Shown: piece after piece, positions 1 to 7,577 of the stretch
Numbering within the stretch: the first letter of the stretch is position 1
How the letters are laid out: every line of letters starts with the position of its first letter
From: Bacteroidales bacterium
GTDB taxonomy: Bacteria > Bacteroidota > Bacteroidia > Bacteroidales > UBA1402
Assembly: GCA_045627385.1 (NCBI GenBank)
Contig: JAZQNO010000028.1
Span: 41,400-105,399 of the forward strand
Direction of reading: 5' to 3'
Length of the DNA stretch: 64,000 bases
Position numbers and translations under genes: made by a program
Notes under the pieces: model-generated
What the model was told of the DNA's origin: nothing
What the model saw: only the letters and a program-made list of their open reading frames with translations
Database searches by the model: none

Positions 1-1
1 C

Positions 2-757
2 AGCCACGGCGCTCTGGTGGGGCAGATGTGCTTCTCGGAAGGAATGGGCAAGGCCACCTACGGCACCGGCTCGTCCGTCATGGTCAACATAGGTGAAAAG
101 CCGGCCCAAGCTCCCGACGGACTGGTCACTTCGGTGGGCTTTTCCGCCATGGGAAAGACCTGGTATGCCTTCGAGGGCAACATCCATTGCACCGGCGCTA
201 CCGTCAAGTGGATGGTCGACGATCTGGAACTGTTGGACAGTTCGGCCGAAAGCGAAGCTTTGGCCACCTCAGTCGAAGACAACGGAGGCGTGTACTTCGT
301 GCCCGCCTTTGCCGGACTGGGCGCTCCCTGGTGGAACAGCGAGGCACGCGGCCTGATCTGCGGCATGAGCCGAGGCACCAAGAAAGCCCACGTGGTGCGC
401 GCCGCGCTCGAAGCCATCGCCTATCAGGTGAAAGATCTGGTAGACCTGATGACCGGCCAGGCAGGCATCACCCTCAAAGAACTTCGTGCGGACGGAGGAC
501 CTGCCCGCAACCGTTTCCTCATGCAGTTCCAGTCGGATATGCTCGACGCTCCTGTCAATGTGAGTCCGATTGAAGAGGCGTCTGCTTTGGGTGCCGTACT
601 GATGAATTCCTTGGCTTTGAAGCGCCTTTCCGGCTTGGAAGAAATCGTCGCTTTGCGGAAAGGCTCGCAACTGGTCGAACCCCAAATGGACGCTGAAACC
701 CGCGATTCGCTTTCATCGGCATGGAAGAAGGCGGTCGCACGCACCGTTCTTTCTTGA
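2..757 (+). CDS. FGGY-family carbohydrate kinase (glycerol-kinase-like), C-terminal part; the 5' end lies outside the window
   Basis: The frame is open back to base 2. FGGY C-domain motifs are present: KATYGTGSSVM, FVPAFAGLGAPWWNSEARG, LRADGGPARNRFLMQFQSD. Confidence 0.85.
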   Translation, partial: SHGALVGQMCFSEGMGKATYGTGSSVMVNIGEKPAQAPDGLVTSVGFSAMGKTWYAFEGNIHCTGATVKWMVDDLELLDSSAESEALATSVEDNGGVYFVPAFAGLGAPWWNSEARGLICGMSRGTKKAHVVRAALEAIAYQVKDLVDLMTGQAGITLKELRADGGPARNRFLMQFQSDMLDAPVNVSPIEEASALGAVLMNSLALKRLSGLEEIVALRKGSQLVEPQMDAETRDSLSSAWKKAVARTVLS

Positions 758-781
758 CAATTATTTAAAAATCAAATAACT

Positions 782-2194
782 ATGGCTTACAAGAAACAAC
801 TGACTTTCGGTATCATCATCGGTACCCGCAATTATTTCAACTCGGCTTTGGCCATCGATGTGCGCGCTTCTCTGCTGAAAATCCTCAAAGAGGCAGGACA
901 CGACTATGTGATTCTCGACGAGGATCAGACGCCCACCCAGGGCAGCATGGAAACCCGCGAAGACGGTATGAAATGCGCCAAACTCTTCCGTGCCAACCGC
1001 GACCGTATCGACGGCATCATCATCTGTCTGCCCAACTTTGGCTTCGAAATCGGTGTCATCAACGCCATCGACCTGGCTGAACTGCATGTGCCCATCCTGG
1101 TGCAGGCCTGCGACGACCGCAATGACCGCGTCGATCTCGACAGCCGCCGCGACGCTTTCTGCGGCAAGATTTCGGTCTGCAACAACCTCTACCAGTACAA
1201 TATTCCGTTTACGCTGACCACGCTCCACACCTGTGACATCGAGTCTAAGGAATTTTTGGCCGACCTCGACCGTTTCGCTGCCATCTGCCGCATTGTCGGC
1301 GGTCTTAAGCACGCCCGCATCGGTGCCATCGGTGCCCGTCCTTGCGGTTTCCAGACTGTCCGTGCCAGCGAAAAGATTCTGCAGGCCAGCGGTATGACCG
1401 TGGTGCCCGTCGATTTGTCTGAAATCCTGGCTGCCGCCCGCAAGGTGAGCGACGAAGAGGCCAAGGCCAAGATTGAAGCCATCAAAGAGTATGCCTATGT
1501 TCCCGAATGCTACAACGAGAAACTGAAACTGCAGGCCAAGTTCGGTGTGGCTGTGGACCGCTGGGTGGCTGCCAACGAAGTGGATGCCACCGCCATCCAA
1601 TGCTGGGATTCTCTGGAACAGAACTACGGCTGCGCCGCTTGCGTCAGCATGAGCATGATGAGCGAATCGCTGCTGCCGAGCGCCTGCGAGATGGACATCG
1701 CCGGCGCCGTTTCCATGTATGTGCTGAGTCTGGCATCGGGCAACCCGGCCGCTCTGCTCGACTGGAACAACAATTTCGCCAAGGAGCGCAACACCTGCGT
1801 CTGCACCCATTGCGGCAACTTCCCCAAGAGTTTTGTCAACAACAAGCTGGAACTCGGCACGCTGGGAGTCCTGGGCCGTCAGCTGGGCAGCATCAACACT
1901 TTCGGCGCTGTCAAGGGCAAATGCACCGAGGGCGACTTCTCGTTCTTCCGCATTTCCACCGACGACAACTACGGTTGCATCAAGGCTTATCTGGGCGAGG
2001 GTGAAATCACCAACGAGCCTTACGGCATGGACGGCTGCATCGCTGTGACCAAGGTGGACCGCATGCAGGAACTGATGCGCTACATCTGCAAGAACGGTTT
2101 CGAACACCATGTGGCCATGTGCCGCGGTCATGTGGCCGATATCATCGAAGAAGCCATCGACACCTACCTCGACTGGGATCTCTACCGACATTGA
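782..2194 (+). CDS. L-fucose/L-arabinose isomerase superfamily sugar isomerase (FucI-like, 470 aa)
   Basis: ATG at 782, 24 nt after the kinase stop. The N-terminus LTFGIIIGTRNYFNSAL and the overall layout resemble short FucI-family isomerases, and it is paired with a sugar kinase. This is a family-level call only. Confidence 0.7.
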   Translation: MAYKKQLTFGIIIGTRNYFNSALAIDVRASLLKILKEAGHDYVILDEDQTPTQGSMETREDGMKCAKLFRANRDRIDGIIICLPNFGFEIGVINAIDLAELHVPILVQACDDRNDRVDLDSRRDAFCGKISVCNNLYQYNIPFTLTTLHTCDIESKEFLADLDRFAAICRIVGGLKHARIGAIGARPCGFQTVRASEKILQASGMTVVPVDLSEILAAARKVSDEEAKAKIEAIKEYAYVPECYNEKLKLQAKFGVAVDRWVAANEVDATAIQCWDSLEQNYGCAACVSMSMMSESLLPSACEMDIAGAVSMYVLSLASGNPAALLDWNNNFAKERNTCVCTHCGNFPKSFVNNKLELGTLGVLGRQLGSINTFGAVKGKCTEGDFSFFRISTDDNYGCIKAYLGEGEITNEPYGMDGCIAVTKVDRMQELMRYICKNGFEHHVAMCRGHVADIIEEAIDTYLDWDLYRH

Positions 2195-2212
2195 CAGCGC
2201 CCCGTTTGCTTC

Positions 2213-2251
2213 GCCTGCGGCCCGACCGGTTCGGGCCGCAGGCGCCTTTTT
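2213..2251 (+). terminator. Rho-independent terminator of the kinase/isomerase unit
   Basis: Perfect 13-bp stem GCCTGCGGCCCGA / TCGGGCCGCAGGC with loop CCGGT, followed by GCCTTTTT. Confidence 0.8.
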
Positions 2252-2490
2252 CGGGCCTTGGCGGCCGAGGTTAGTGTGGTTTTACGCGGCTGAACGCTTA
2301 TTTTGGCCACCAAGGTCTGGGGAGACCCGCCTTTTTGGGGCCGCGGCAGCCGAGGTTAGTGCGGTTTTGCGCGGCCGAACGCCTGTTTTGGCCACTAAGG
2401 TCTGGGAAAAACCGCCGAAATGGGTGTTTCGCGGCAAGGTTAGTGGCTGGGAGAAGTGTCTGAGCGCCTGAAACCACACTAACCTTCAGT
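2243..2490. repeat. Three tandem ~85-bp repeat units (third one degenerate) plus one inverted 15-mer
   Basis: The core AGGTTAGTG starts at 2268, 2353 and 2437 (periods 85 and 84). Units 1 and 2 differ at about 6 positions over the first ~57 nt. AAACCACACTAACCT (2471-2485) is the exact reverse complement of 2268-2282. Confidence 0.85.
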
Positions 2491-2519
2491 GAGGGGAACG
2501 GCCGCTGGGGCTGAAATGT

Positions 2520-2565
2520 CGAAGGCGGTTGGATGCTGCATCCAACCGCCTTCGGTTTTATTCTT
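2520..2565. terminator. Strong hairpin terminator, possibly bidirectional (downstream of exuT; T-run on the + strand)
   Basis: Perfect 17-nt arms CGAAGGCGGTTGGATGC / GCATCCAACCGCCTTCG centred on 2537. GTTTTATTCTT follows on the + strand. Confidence 0.7.
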
Positions 2566-2613
2566 GCGCCGCATCGGTTCCAAGTAAGAACTGCAGCTTG
2601 GCGCGGGTCCGGA

Positions 2614-4077
2614 TTATTCCACTTCGATGGCTTTGTACTGGGGAACCAGGCTCTTCATGATGCTCCAGGCAATGAGATAGGCGACACCGCAGAAGCAGAA
2701 CATGATGAAATAGCCGGCAGGCTTGCCTTCGAATCCGAGGAAGGTGAAGGCGCTACCCATCTCTTCGGCGTGGGTGAAGAGGTTACCGGCCACTTTCTGA
2801 ATGATCATGGAGCCGACACCGCCAGCCATGGCACCGATACCGGTGATGGTGGCCACGGTGCTCTTCGGGAACATGTCGCCGATGGTGGAGAACAGGTTGG
2901 CGCTCCAAGCCTGATGTCCGGCACCGGCCAGACCGATGAGGATGGCAGGCCACCAGGGACTGTTGAAATGCATGCCGAGGGGCTGAGCCAGGAGGGCGCA
3001 AAGCGGGAAGAAAGCGAAAATGAGCATGGAAAGCATACGTCCGCTATAGGGGTGCATGCCTTTCTTCTCGACCAGAGCCTTAGGCAGATAGCCTCCGAAA
3101 ATGGAAACAACTGTGACGATGGCGTAAAGGGTGAAAATCAGAATCTGTCCAAGACCGGAAGTGGCGGGAGCGTTGAACTGGTTGCTGAAATAGGAAGGAG
3201 CCCAGAACAGGAAGAACCACCAGACACCGTCGGTGAAGAACTTACCGGCGATGAATGACCAGGTTTGCTTGTATGTGAAGCACTTGGCAAAAGGAATGGT
3301 CTTCTGTGCGGCGATGGCGGCCTTTTCGGCTGCCTCGGCTGCGTCATCCTGATGCATATAGGCCAGTTCGGCTTCGTTCACATGCTTGCTGTTTTCGGGT
3401 TTGTCATACATGAATGCCCAGAAGAACATCCAGATGAAACCGAGGGCACCGATGATGATGAAGGCCCATTCCCAACCGAACTTGACTGCGAGCGGCGGAA
3501 TGCACAGAGGAGCGGCAAGAGCGCCCACGCTGGCACCGGCATTGAAGATGGACGTGGCGAAAGCGCGGTCCTTCTTCGGGAAATATTCGGCGGTCACCTT
3601 GATGGCGGCGGGGAAGTTGCCGGCTTCACCGAGGGCCAAAATGCCACGGCAGAGCAAGAACAGATAGACAGATGTGGTTGAAATCGCAAGAGCGGCATTG
3701 GAACCGACTTCTACAGCTCTCATGGCTGCAACGGATTCCATACCGGTGAAAGAAGCGGTAGCCCATCCGCAGGCGGCATGAAGGCATGCACCGGCCGACC
3801 ATACACCGATGGCGATGATGTAGCCTTTCTTGGTTCCCATCCAGTCCACGAACTTGCCGGCGAACAGGCAGGCGATGGCGTAGAAGATGGAGAAGAAACT
3901 GGTGATGGTACCATAATTGGCATCGGTCCAGTGGAACTCGGGTTTGATGAACTCCTCATAAGTGAGGGAAAGCACCTGACGGTCCAGATAGTTGACGGTG
4001 GTCGCTACAAAGAGCAGCGAACACAGCCACCAGCGCCAGTTGGTCATGAGCTTGGCTTGAGTGGATTCTCCTTTCAT
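2614..4077 (-). CDS. exuT: MFS hexuronate transporter (ExuT-like)
   Basis: Start moved to the ATG at 4077 (MKGESTQAKLMTNWRWW...), because the upstream 66 codons are Pro/Ser/Arg-rich junk overlapping eda. The MFS signature NYLDRQVLSL and many TM segments are present, and it is the last gene of the uxaC-kdgK-eda cluster. Confidence 0.85.
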   Translation of the reverse strand: MKGESTQAKLMTNWRWWLCSLLFVATTVNYLDRQVLSLTYEEFIKPEFHWTDANYGTITSFFSIFYAIACLFAGKFVDWMGTKKGYIIAIGVWSAGACLHAACGWATASFTGMESVAAMRAVEVGSNAALAISTTSVYLFLLCRGILALGEAGNFPAAIKVTAEYFPKKDRAFATSIFNAGASVGALAAPLCIPPLAVKFGWEWAFIIIGALGFIWMFFWAFMYDKPENSKHVNEAELAYMHQDDAAEAAEKAAIAAQKTIPFAKCFTYKQTWSFIAGKFFTDGVWWFFLFWAPSYFSNQFNAPATSGLGQILIFTLYAIVTVVSIFGGYLPKALVEKKGMHPYSGRMLSMLIFAFFPLCALLAQPLGMHFNSPWWPAILIGLAGAGHQAWSANLFSTIGDMFPKSTVATITGIGAMAGGVGSMIIQKVAGNLFTHAEEMGSAFTFLGFEGKPAGYFIMFCFCGVAYLIAWSIMKSLVPQYKAIEVE

Positions 4078-4126
4078 AATGAATTGATTGAATAATTGAT
4101 TGATAAATGAATGATCGGATGGAAAA

Positions 4127-4147
4127 GTCGCGGATGTCGACCGCGAC
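4127..4147 (-). terminator. Terminator-like or attenuator hairpin between eda and exuT
   Basis: On the minus strand: GTCGCGG-TCGACAT-CCGCGAC followed by TTTTCC. The stem is only 7 bp. Confidence 0.35.
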
Positions 4148-4153
4148 GGCCGG

Positions 4154-4822
4154 TCAGCGGGCTGCCTCGATGTAGGACAGCGCTTCGCGGCATTTGTCGG
4201 AGATGGCTTTCCAGTTTTTGTCGGCGATGACCTCTTTGGGGAAGAGCTTGCTGCCCATGCCCACAGCGGTGACACCGGCCTTGAACCAGGCCGTCAGGTT
4301 CTCTTCGGTGGGTTCGACCGCTCCGGTCACCATGATCATCGACCAAGGCATAGGCGCTTTGACATTCTTTACGAACGAGGGTCCGCCCACATTTCCGGCG
4401 GGGAATACTTTGCACAGGTCGCATCCGGCTTCCTGAGCATATCCGATTTCGGTGACGCTGCCGCAACCGGGAGAGTAGGGAACGCAACGGCGATTGCAGA
4501 CCTTGGCTACATCGGGGTTGAACAGCGGGCCCACGATGAAATTGGCGCCCAGCTGGATATAGAGCGATGCCGTGCCGGCATCGACGATGGAACCGATGCC
4601 CATGATCATGTCGGGACATTCTTTGGCAGCGAATTTGACCAGTTCGGAAAAGACTTCCTGGGCGAAATCGCCACGGTTGGTGAATTCGAAGGCTCTTACC
4701 CCGCCTTCGTAGCAGGCTTTGACCACCTGTTTGGCGGTCTCTACATCCTTATGATAGAAGACCGGAATCATTCCGGTGGCTGCTATCGTGTTGAGTACTT
4801 GAAGTTTGTTGAATCTTGCCAT
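4154..4822 (-). CDS. eda: 2-dehydro-3-deoxyphosphogluconate (KDPG) / 4-hydroxy-2-oxoglutarate aldolase
   Basis: 222 aa. Motifs [20 protein letters not shown] and KVFPAG fit the family, and it lies between kdgK and exuT. Confidence 0.9.
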   Translation of the reverse strand: MARFNKLQVLNTIAATGMIPVFYHKDVETAKQVVKACYEGGVRAFEFTNRGDFAQEVFSELVKFAAKECPDMIMGIGSIVDAGTASLYIQLGANFIVGPLFNPDVAKVCNRRCVPYSPGCGSVTEIGYAQEAGCDLCKVFPAGNVGGPSFVKNVKAPMPWSMIMVTGAVEPTEENLTAWFKAGVTAVGMGSKLFPKEVIADKNWKAISDKCREALSYIEAAR

Positions 4823-4836
4823 AGGGTTGGTTTGGT

Positions 4837-4860
4837 GTCCGCCGACCTAGGCCGGCGGAC
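4837..4860 (-). other. Intercistronic near-perfect 24-nt palindrome between kdgK and eda
   Basis: GTCCGCCGACCTAGGCCGGCGGAC has one mismatch. No T-run follows on the coding strand, so it is not called a terminator. Confidence 0.4.
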
Positions 4861-4868
4861 TGTTCTGT

Positions 4869-5909
4869 TTATCTGGATACACGTCCCGAGGCGTCGCCGC
4901 CCATCAGTTTTTCCACCTCGTCCACAGTGACCATGTTGAAGTCGCCGTAGATGGTGTGCTTGAGACAGGAGGCGGCCACGGCAAATTCGAGGGCCTTCTG
5001 GTCGTCACCTTTGTAGGTGAGCAAACCGTAGATAAGGCCACCCATGAACGAATCGCCGCCGCCCACGCGGTCGACGATGTGGGTGATGTCGTAGCGTTTT
5101 GACTGGTAGAGTTTTCCGTCGCTGTAGAGCACGCCGCCCCAGGTGTTGTGGTTGGCGTTGATGCTGCCGCGCAGGGTGATGATGACCTTCTTGGCGCGGG
5201 GGAAACGTTTCATCAGCTGGGTGCAGACCGATTCGAATTCGGCGGCGTTGACCTGACCGTTGGTCTGGGCCACGTCGAAGCCTTCGGGCTTGATGCCGAA
5301 CACCTTTTCGGCGTCTTCTTCGTTGCCCAGGATGATGTCGCATCCTTCGACGAGGGCGGGCATCACTTCAGAGGCTTTCTTGCCGTATTTCCAGAGATTC
5401 TTGCGGTAGTTGAGGTCGCAGGATACGGTGATGCCTTTGCGGTTGCAGGCCTTAACGGCTTCCAAGCAGACATCGGCGGCTCCCTGCGAAATGGCCGGTG
5501 TGATGCCGGTCCAGTGGAACCATTCCACACCCTCCAGCACCTTGTCCCAGTCGATCATGCCAGGCTGGATGGTGGCGATGGAAGAATTGGCGCGGTCGTA
5601 GACCACCTTGCTGGCGCGGGCTACGGCGCCTGTCTCCAGAAAATAGATGCCGAGGCGGTCGCCGCCGTAGACGATCTTGTCCACACCGACACCGTATTTG
5701 CGCAGATTCATCATGCAGGCGCGGCCCAGGTCGTTCTGGGGCAGACGGGTGACGAAATCCACGTCGACGCCGTAGTTGGCCAGTGAAACGGCCACGTTGG
5801 CTTCGCCGCCGCCATAGGTGGCCGTGAAGCTTTCGGCCTGACAGAAACGCTGATAGTCGGGGGTTGCCAGACGCAACATGATTTCCCCGAAAGTGACGAC
5901 TTTTGCCAT
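4869..5909 (-). CDS. kdgK: 2-dehydro-3-deoxygluconokinase (PfkB family)
   Basis: Motifs FGEIMLRL, GGGEANVAVSLA and the C-terminal DRVGGGDSF are present. It lies 3 nt downstream of uxaC. Confidence 0.92.
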   Translation of the reverse strand: MAKVVTFGEIMLRLATPDYQRFCQAESFTATYGGGEANVAVSLANYGVDVDFVTRLPQNDLGRACMMNLRKYGVGVDKIVYGGDRLGIYFLETGAVARASKVVYDRANSSIATIQPGMIDWDKVLEGVEWFHWTGITPAISQGAADVCLEAVKACNRKGITVSCDLNYRKNLWKYGKKASEVMPALVEGCDIILGNEEDAEKVFGIKPEGFDVAQTNGQVNAAEFESVCTQLMKRFPRAKKVIITLRGSINANHNTWGGVLYSDGKLYQSKRYDITHIVDRVGGGDSFMGGLIYGLLTYKGDDQKALEFAVAASCLKHTIYGDFNMVTVDEVEKLMGGDASGRVSR

Positions 5910-5912
5910 GAC

Positions 5913-7319
5913 TCAGAACTTGAAGAAGTTTTTGGCGTTGTAGTAAGAGATGCCTTCGACCATCTTGCCGATGAAATCCATTTCGCTGGCGGGAATTTCA
6001 CCGTTGACCACATCCACACCGATGAGGTTGCACATGATGCGGCGGAAATATTCGTGACGCGGGTAGGAGAGGAAGCTGCGCGAGTCGGTCAGCATGCCGA
6101 CGAAGCGGCTCAGCAGGCCGAGGATGGACAGCGAGTTCATCTGTTCGGTCATGCCGTATTTCTGATCGAGGAACCACCAGCCGCTGCCGAACTGGATCTT
6201 TCCGGCCACGCTGCCGTCCTGGAAATTGCCCAGCATGGTGGCGATGAGGTTGTTGTCGCGGGGGTTGAGGTTGTAGAGGATGGTCTTGGCCAGCAGGTTG
6301 TCGGTGTCGAGCTTGTTGAGGAACTTGCTCATCTTCTTGGCCACGGTGAAGTCGCCGATGGAGTCGAAGCCGGTGTCGGGACCGAGCTGGGCGAACAGGC
6401 GGCTGTTGTTGTCGCGGATGGCTCCGTAGTGGAACTGCTGGGTCCAGCCGCTCTTGCAGTCCATGACGGCGAATTCGTACATCATGGCCGACTTGAATTT
6501 GAGAATCTCTTCGTTGCTGAGTTCCTTGCCGCCGTATACCTTATTGAAGATGGCGTCGATTTCAGCCTGGGTGTAGTCTTCGGCGTAGAATTCTTCGATG
6601 CCGTGGTCGGAAAGGCGGCAGCCGACGCTTTCAAAGAAGTCGTGGCGTTTCTGCAGGGCGGCGATGACGTCGGCAAAGCAGGAAATGCTCACTCCGGACA
6701 CTTCGGAGAGCTTTTCGATGTAGGCGCGGAAATTGGCGGGCTTTTCAACGGCCATGGCCTTGTCGGGACGCCAGGTGGGCAGCACTTTGATTTCGAAGCC
6801 TTCCTTCTTGAGGGCGATGTGGTATTCGAGGCTGTCGACGGGGTCGTCGGTGGTGCAGACGGTCTCGACTTTGTATTTGCGCATGAGGTTGCGGGCGCTG
6901 TATTCGGGGGTGCGCAGCTTGGCGGTGCATTCGTCAAAAATTTCGCGGGCGGTCTCGGGCTTGAGAATCTTTTCTACACCGAAACATGTTTTCAACTCCA
7001 GATGGGTCCAGTGATACAGCGGGTTGCGCATGGTGTAGGGAACGGTCTCGGCCCACTTTTCGAATTTTTCCCAATCGCTGGTGTCTTTGCCGGTGCAGAA
7101 GCGCTCGTCGACGCCGTTGGTGCGCATGGCGCGCCATTTGTAATGGTCACCTTCCAGCCAGATCTGGCCGAGGTTGTCGAATTTGCGGTCCTTTGCGATG
7201 AATTCGGGATTCAGGTGGCAATGGTAGTCGATGATGGGGAGATTTTTGGCATGTTGGTGGAAAAGTTCCTGCGATACTTCATTCTCGAGCATGAAGTTGT
7301 CGTCCATGAAAGCTTTCAT
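5913..7319 (-). CDS. uxaC: Glucuronate isomerase
   Basis: 468 aa with motifs IIDYHCHL and GDHYKWRAMR. Full-length family resemblance. Confidence 0.95.
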   Translation of the reverse strand: MKAFMDDNFMLENEVSQELFHQHAKNLPIIDYHCHLNPEFIAKDRKFDNLGQIWLEGDHYKWRAMRTNGVDERFCTGKDTSDWEKFEKWAETVPYTMRNPLYHWTHLELKTCFGVEKILKPETAREIFDECTAKLRTPEYSARNLMRKYKVETVCTTDDPVDSLEYHIALKKEGFEIKVLPTWRPDKAMAVEKPANFRAYIEKLSEVSGVSISCFADVIAALQKRHDFFESVGCRLSDHGIEEFYAEDYTQAEIDAIFNKVYGGKELSNEEILKFKSAMMYEFAVMDCKSGWTQQFHYGAIRDNNSRLFAQLGPDTGFDSIGDFTVAKKMSKFLNKLDTDNLLAKTILYNLNPRDNNLIATMLGNFQDGSVAGKIQFGSGWWFLDQKYGMTEQMNSLSILGLLSRFVGMLTDSRSFLSYPRHEYFRRIMCNLIGVDVVNGEIPASEMDFIGKMVEGISYYNAKNFFKF

Positions 7320-7402
7320 AATGCTTTGTTTTATAAGGGTTAAACTTGTATTTGCCGTTAAACTGTCCGAAGACGCAATCTCAAAGTGCGCACTTCGGGC
7401 TT

Positions 7403-7410
7403 CAAATGTA
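7403..7410 (-). promoter_or_regulatory. Candidate Bacteroidetes -7 box (TACATTTG) for the uxaC operon
   Basis: Matches TAnnTTTG on the minus strand, 84 nt upstream of the uxaC ATG. The long leader lowers confidence. Confidence 0.35.
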
Positions 7411-7577
7411 GGCCATTTTATTGAATTATCCTACTGTCGCAGCGGTCCAAAAAGCGCATTTTGGGTCAAAAACTTTCGATTCTGTCCGTCTGTCTGAACA
7501 GAAAACTCCGGCAGAGTCTTTCAATATTCTGCAATATGTCGCATCTTTGCAGGTATCGACTGTAAAAACCGAACGCT

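Noticed and set aside
761-2191. A 476-aa ORF antisense to the FucI-like isomerase.
   Set aside because: It is a shadow ORF on the opposite strand of a gene with a clear family resemblance. Its translation is low-complexity (Val/Ala/Gly/His/Asp-rich) with no recognisable motif, which is typical of GC-rich DNA.
2109-2471. A 120-aa + strand ORF spanning the end of the FucI-like gene and the tandem repeats.
   Set aside because: It starts inside the isomerase gene, reads straight through a strong terminator hairpin, and its 'protein' merely mirrors the DNA repeat. It is not coding.
2243-2490. The possibility that the ~85-bp repeats are a CRISPR array.
   Set aside because: The units are contiguous, with no unique spacers between conserved repeats, and the period is far too long. 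There are only about three copies and no cas genes in the window.
2614-4275. N-terminally extended versions of several track ORFs: exuT 4275, kduI 29765, araD 34901, araA 35760, yggS 46345, uvrB 51505, S9 peptidase 54958, SPOR 58784, glyA 61589, pyrB 63466, valS 19912.
   Set aside because: The extensions overlap upstream genes, terminators or promoter boxes, often begin at TTG, and are compositionally unlike the conserved protein. In each case an internal ATG gives the canonical family N-terminus.
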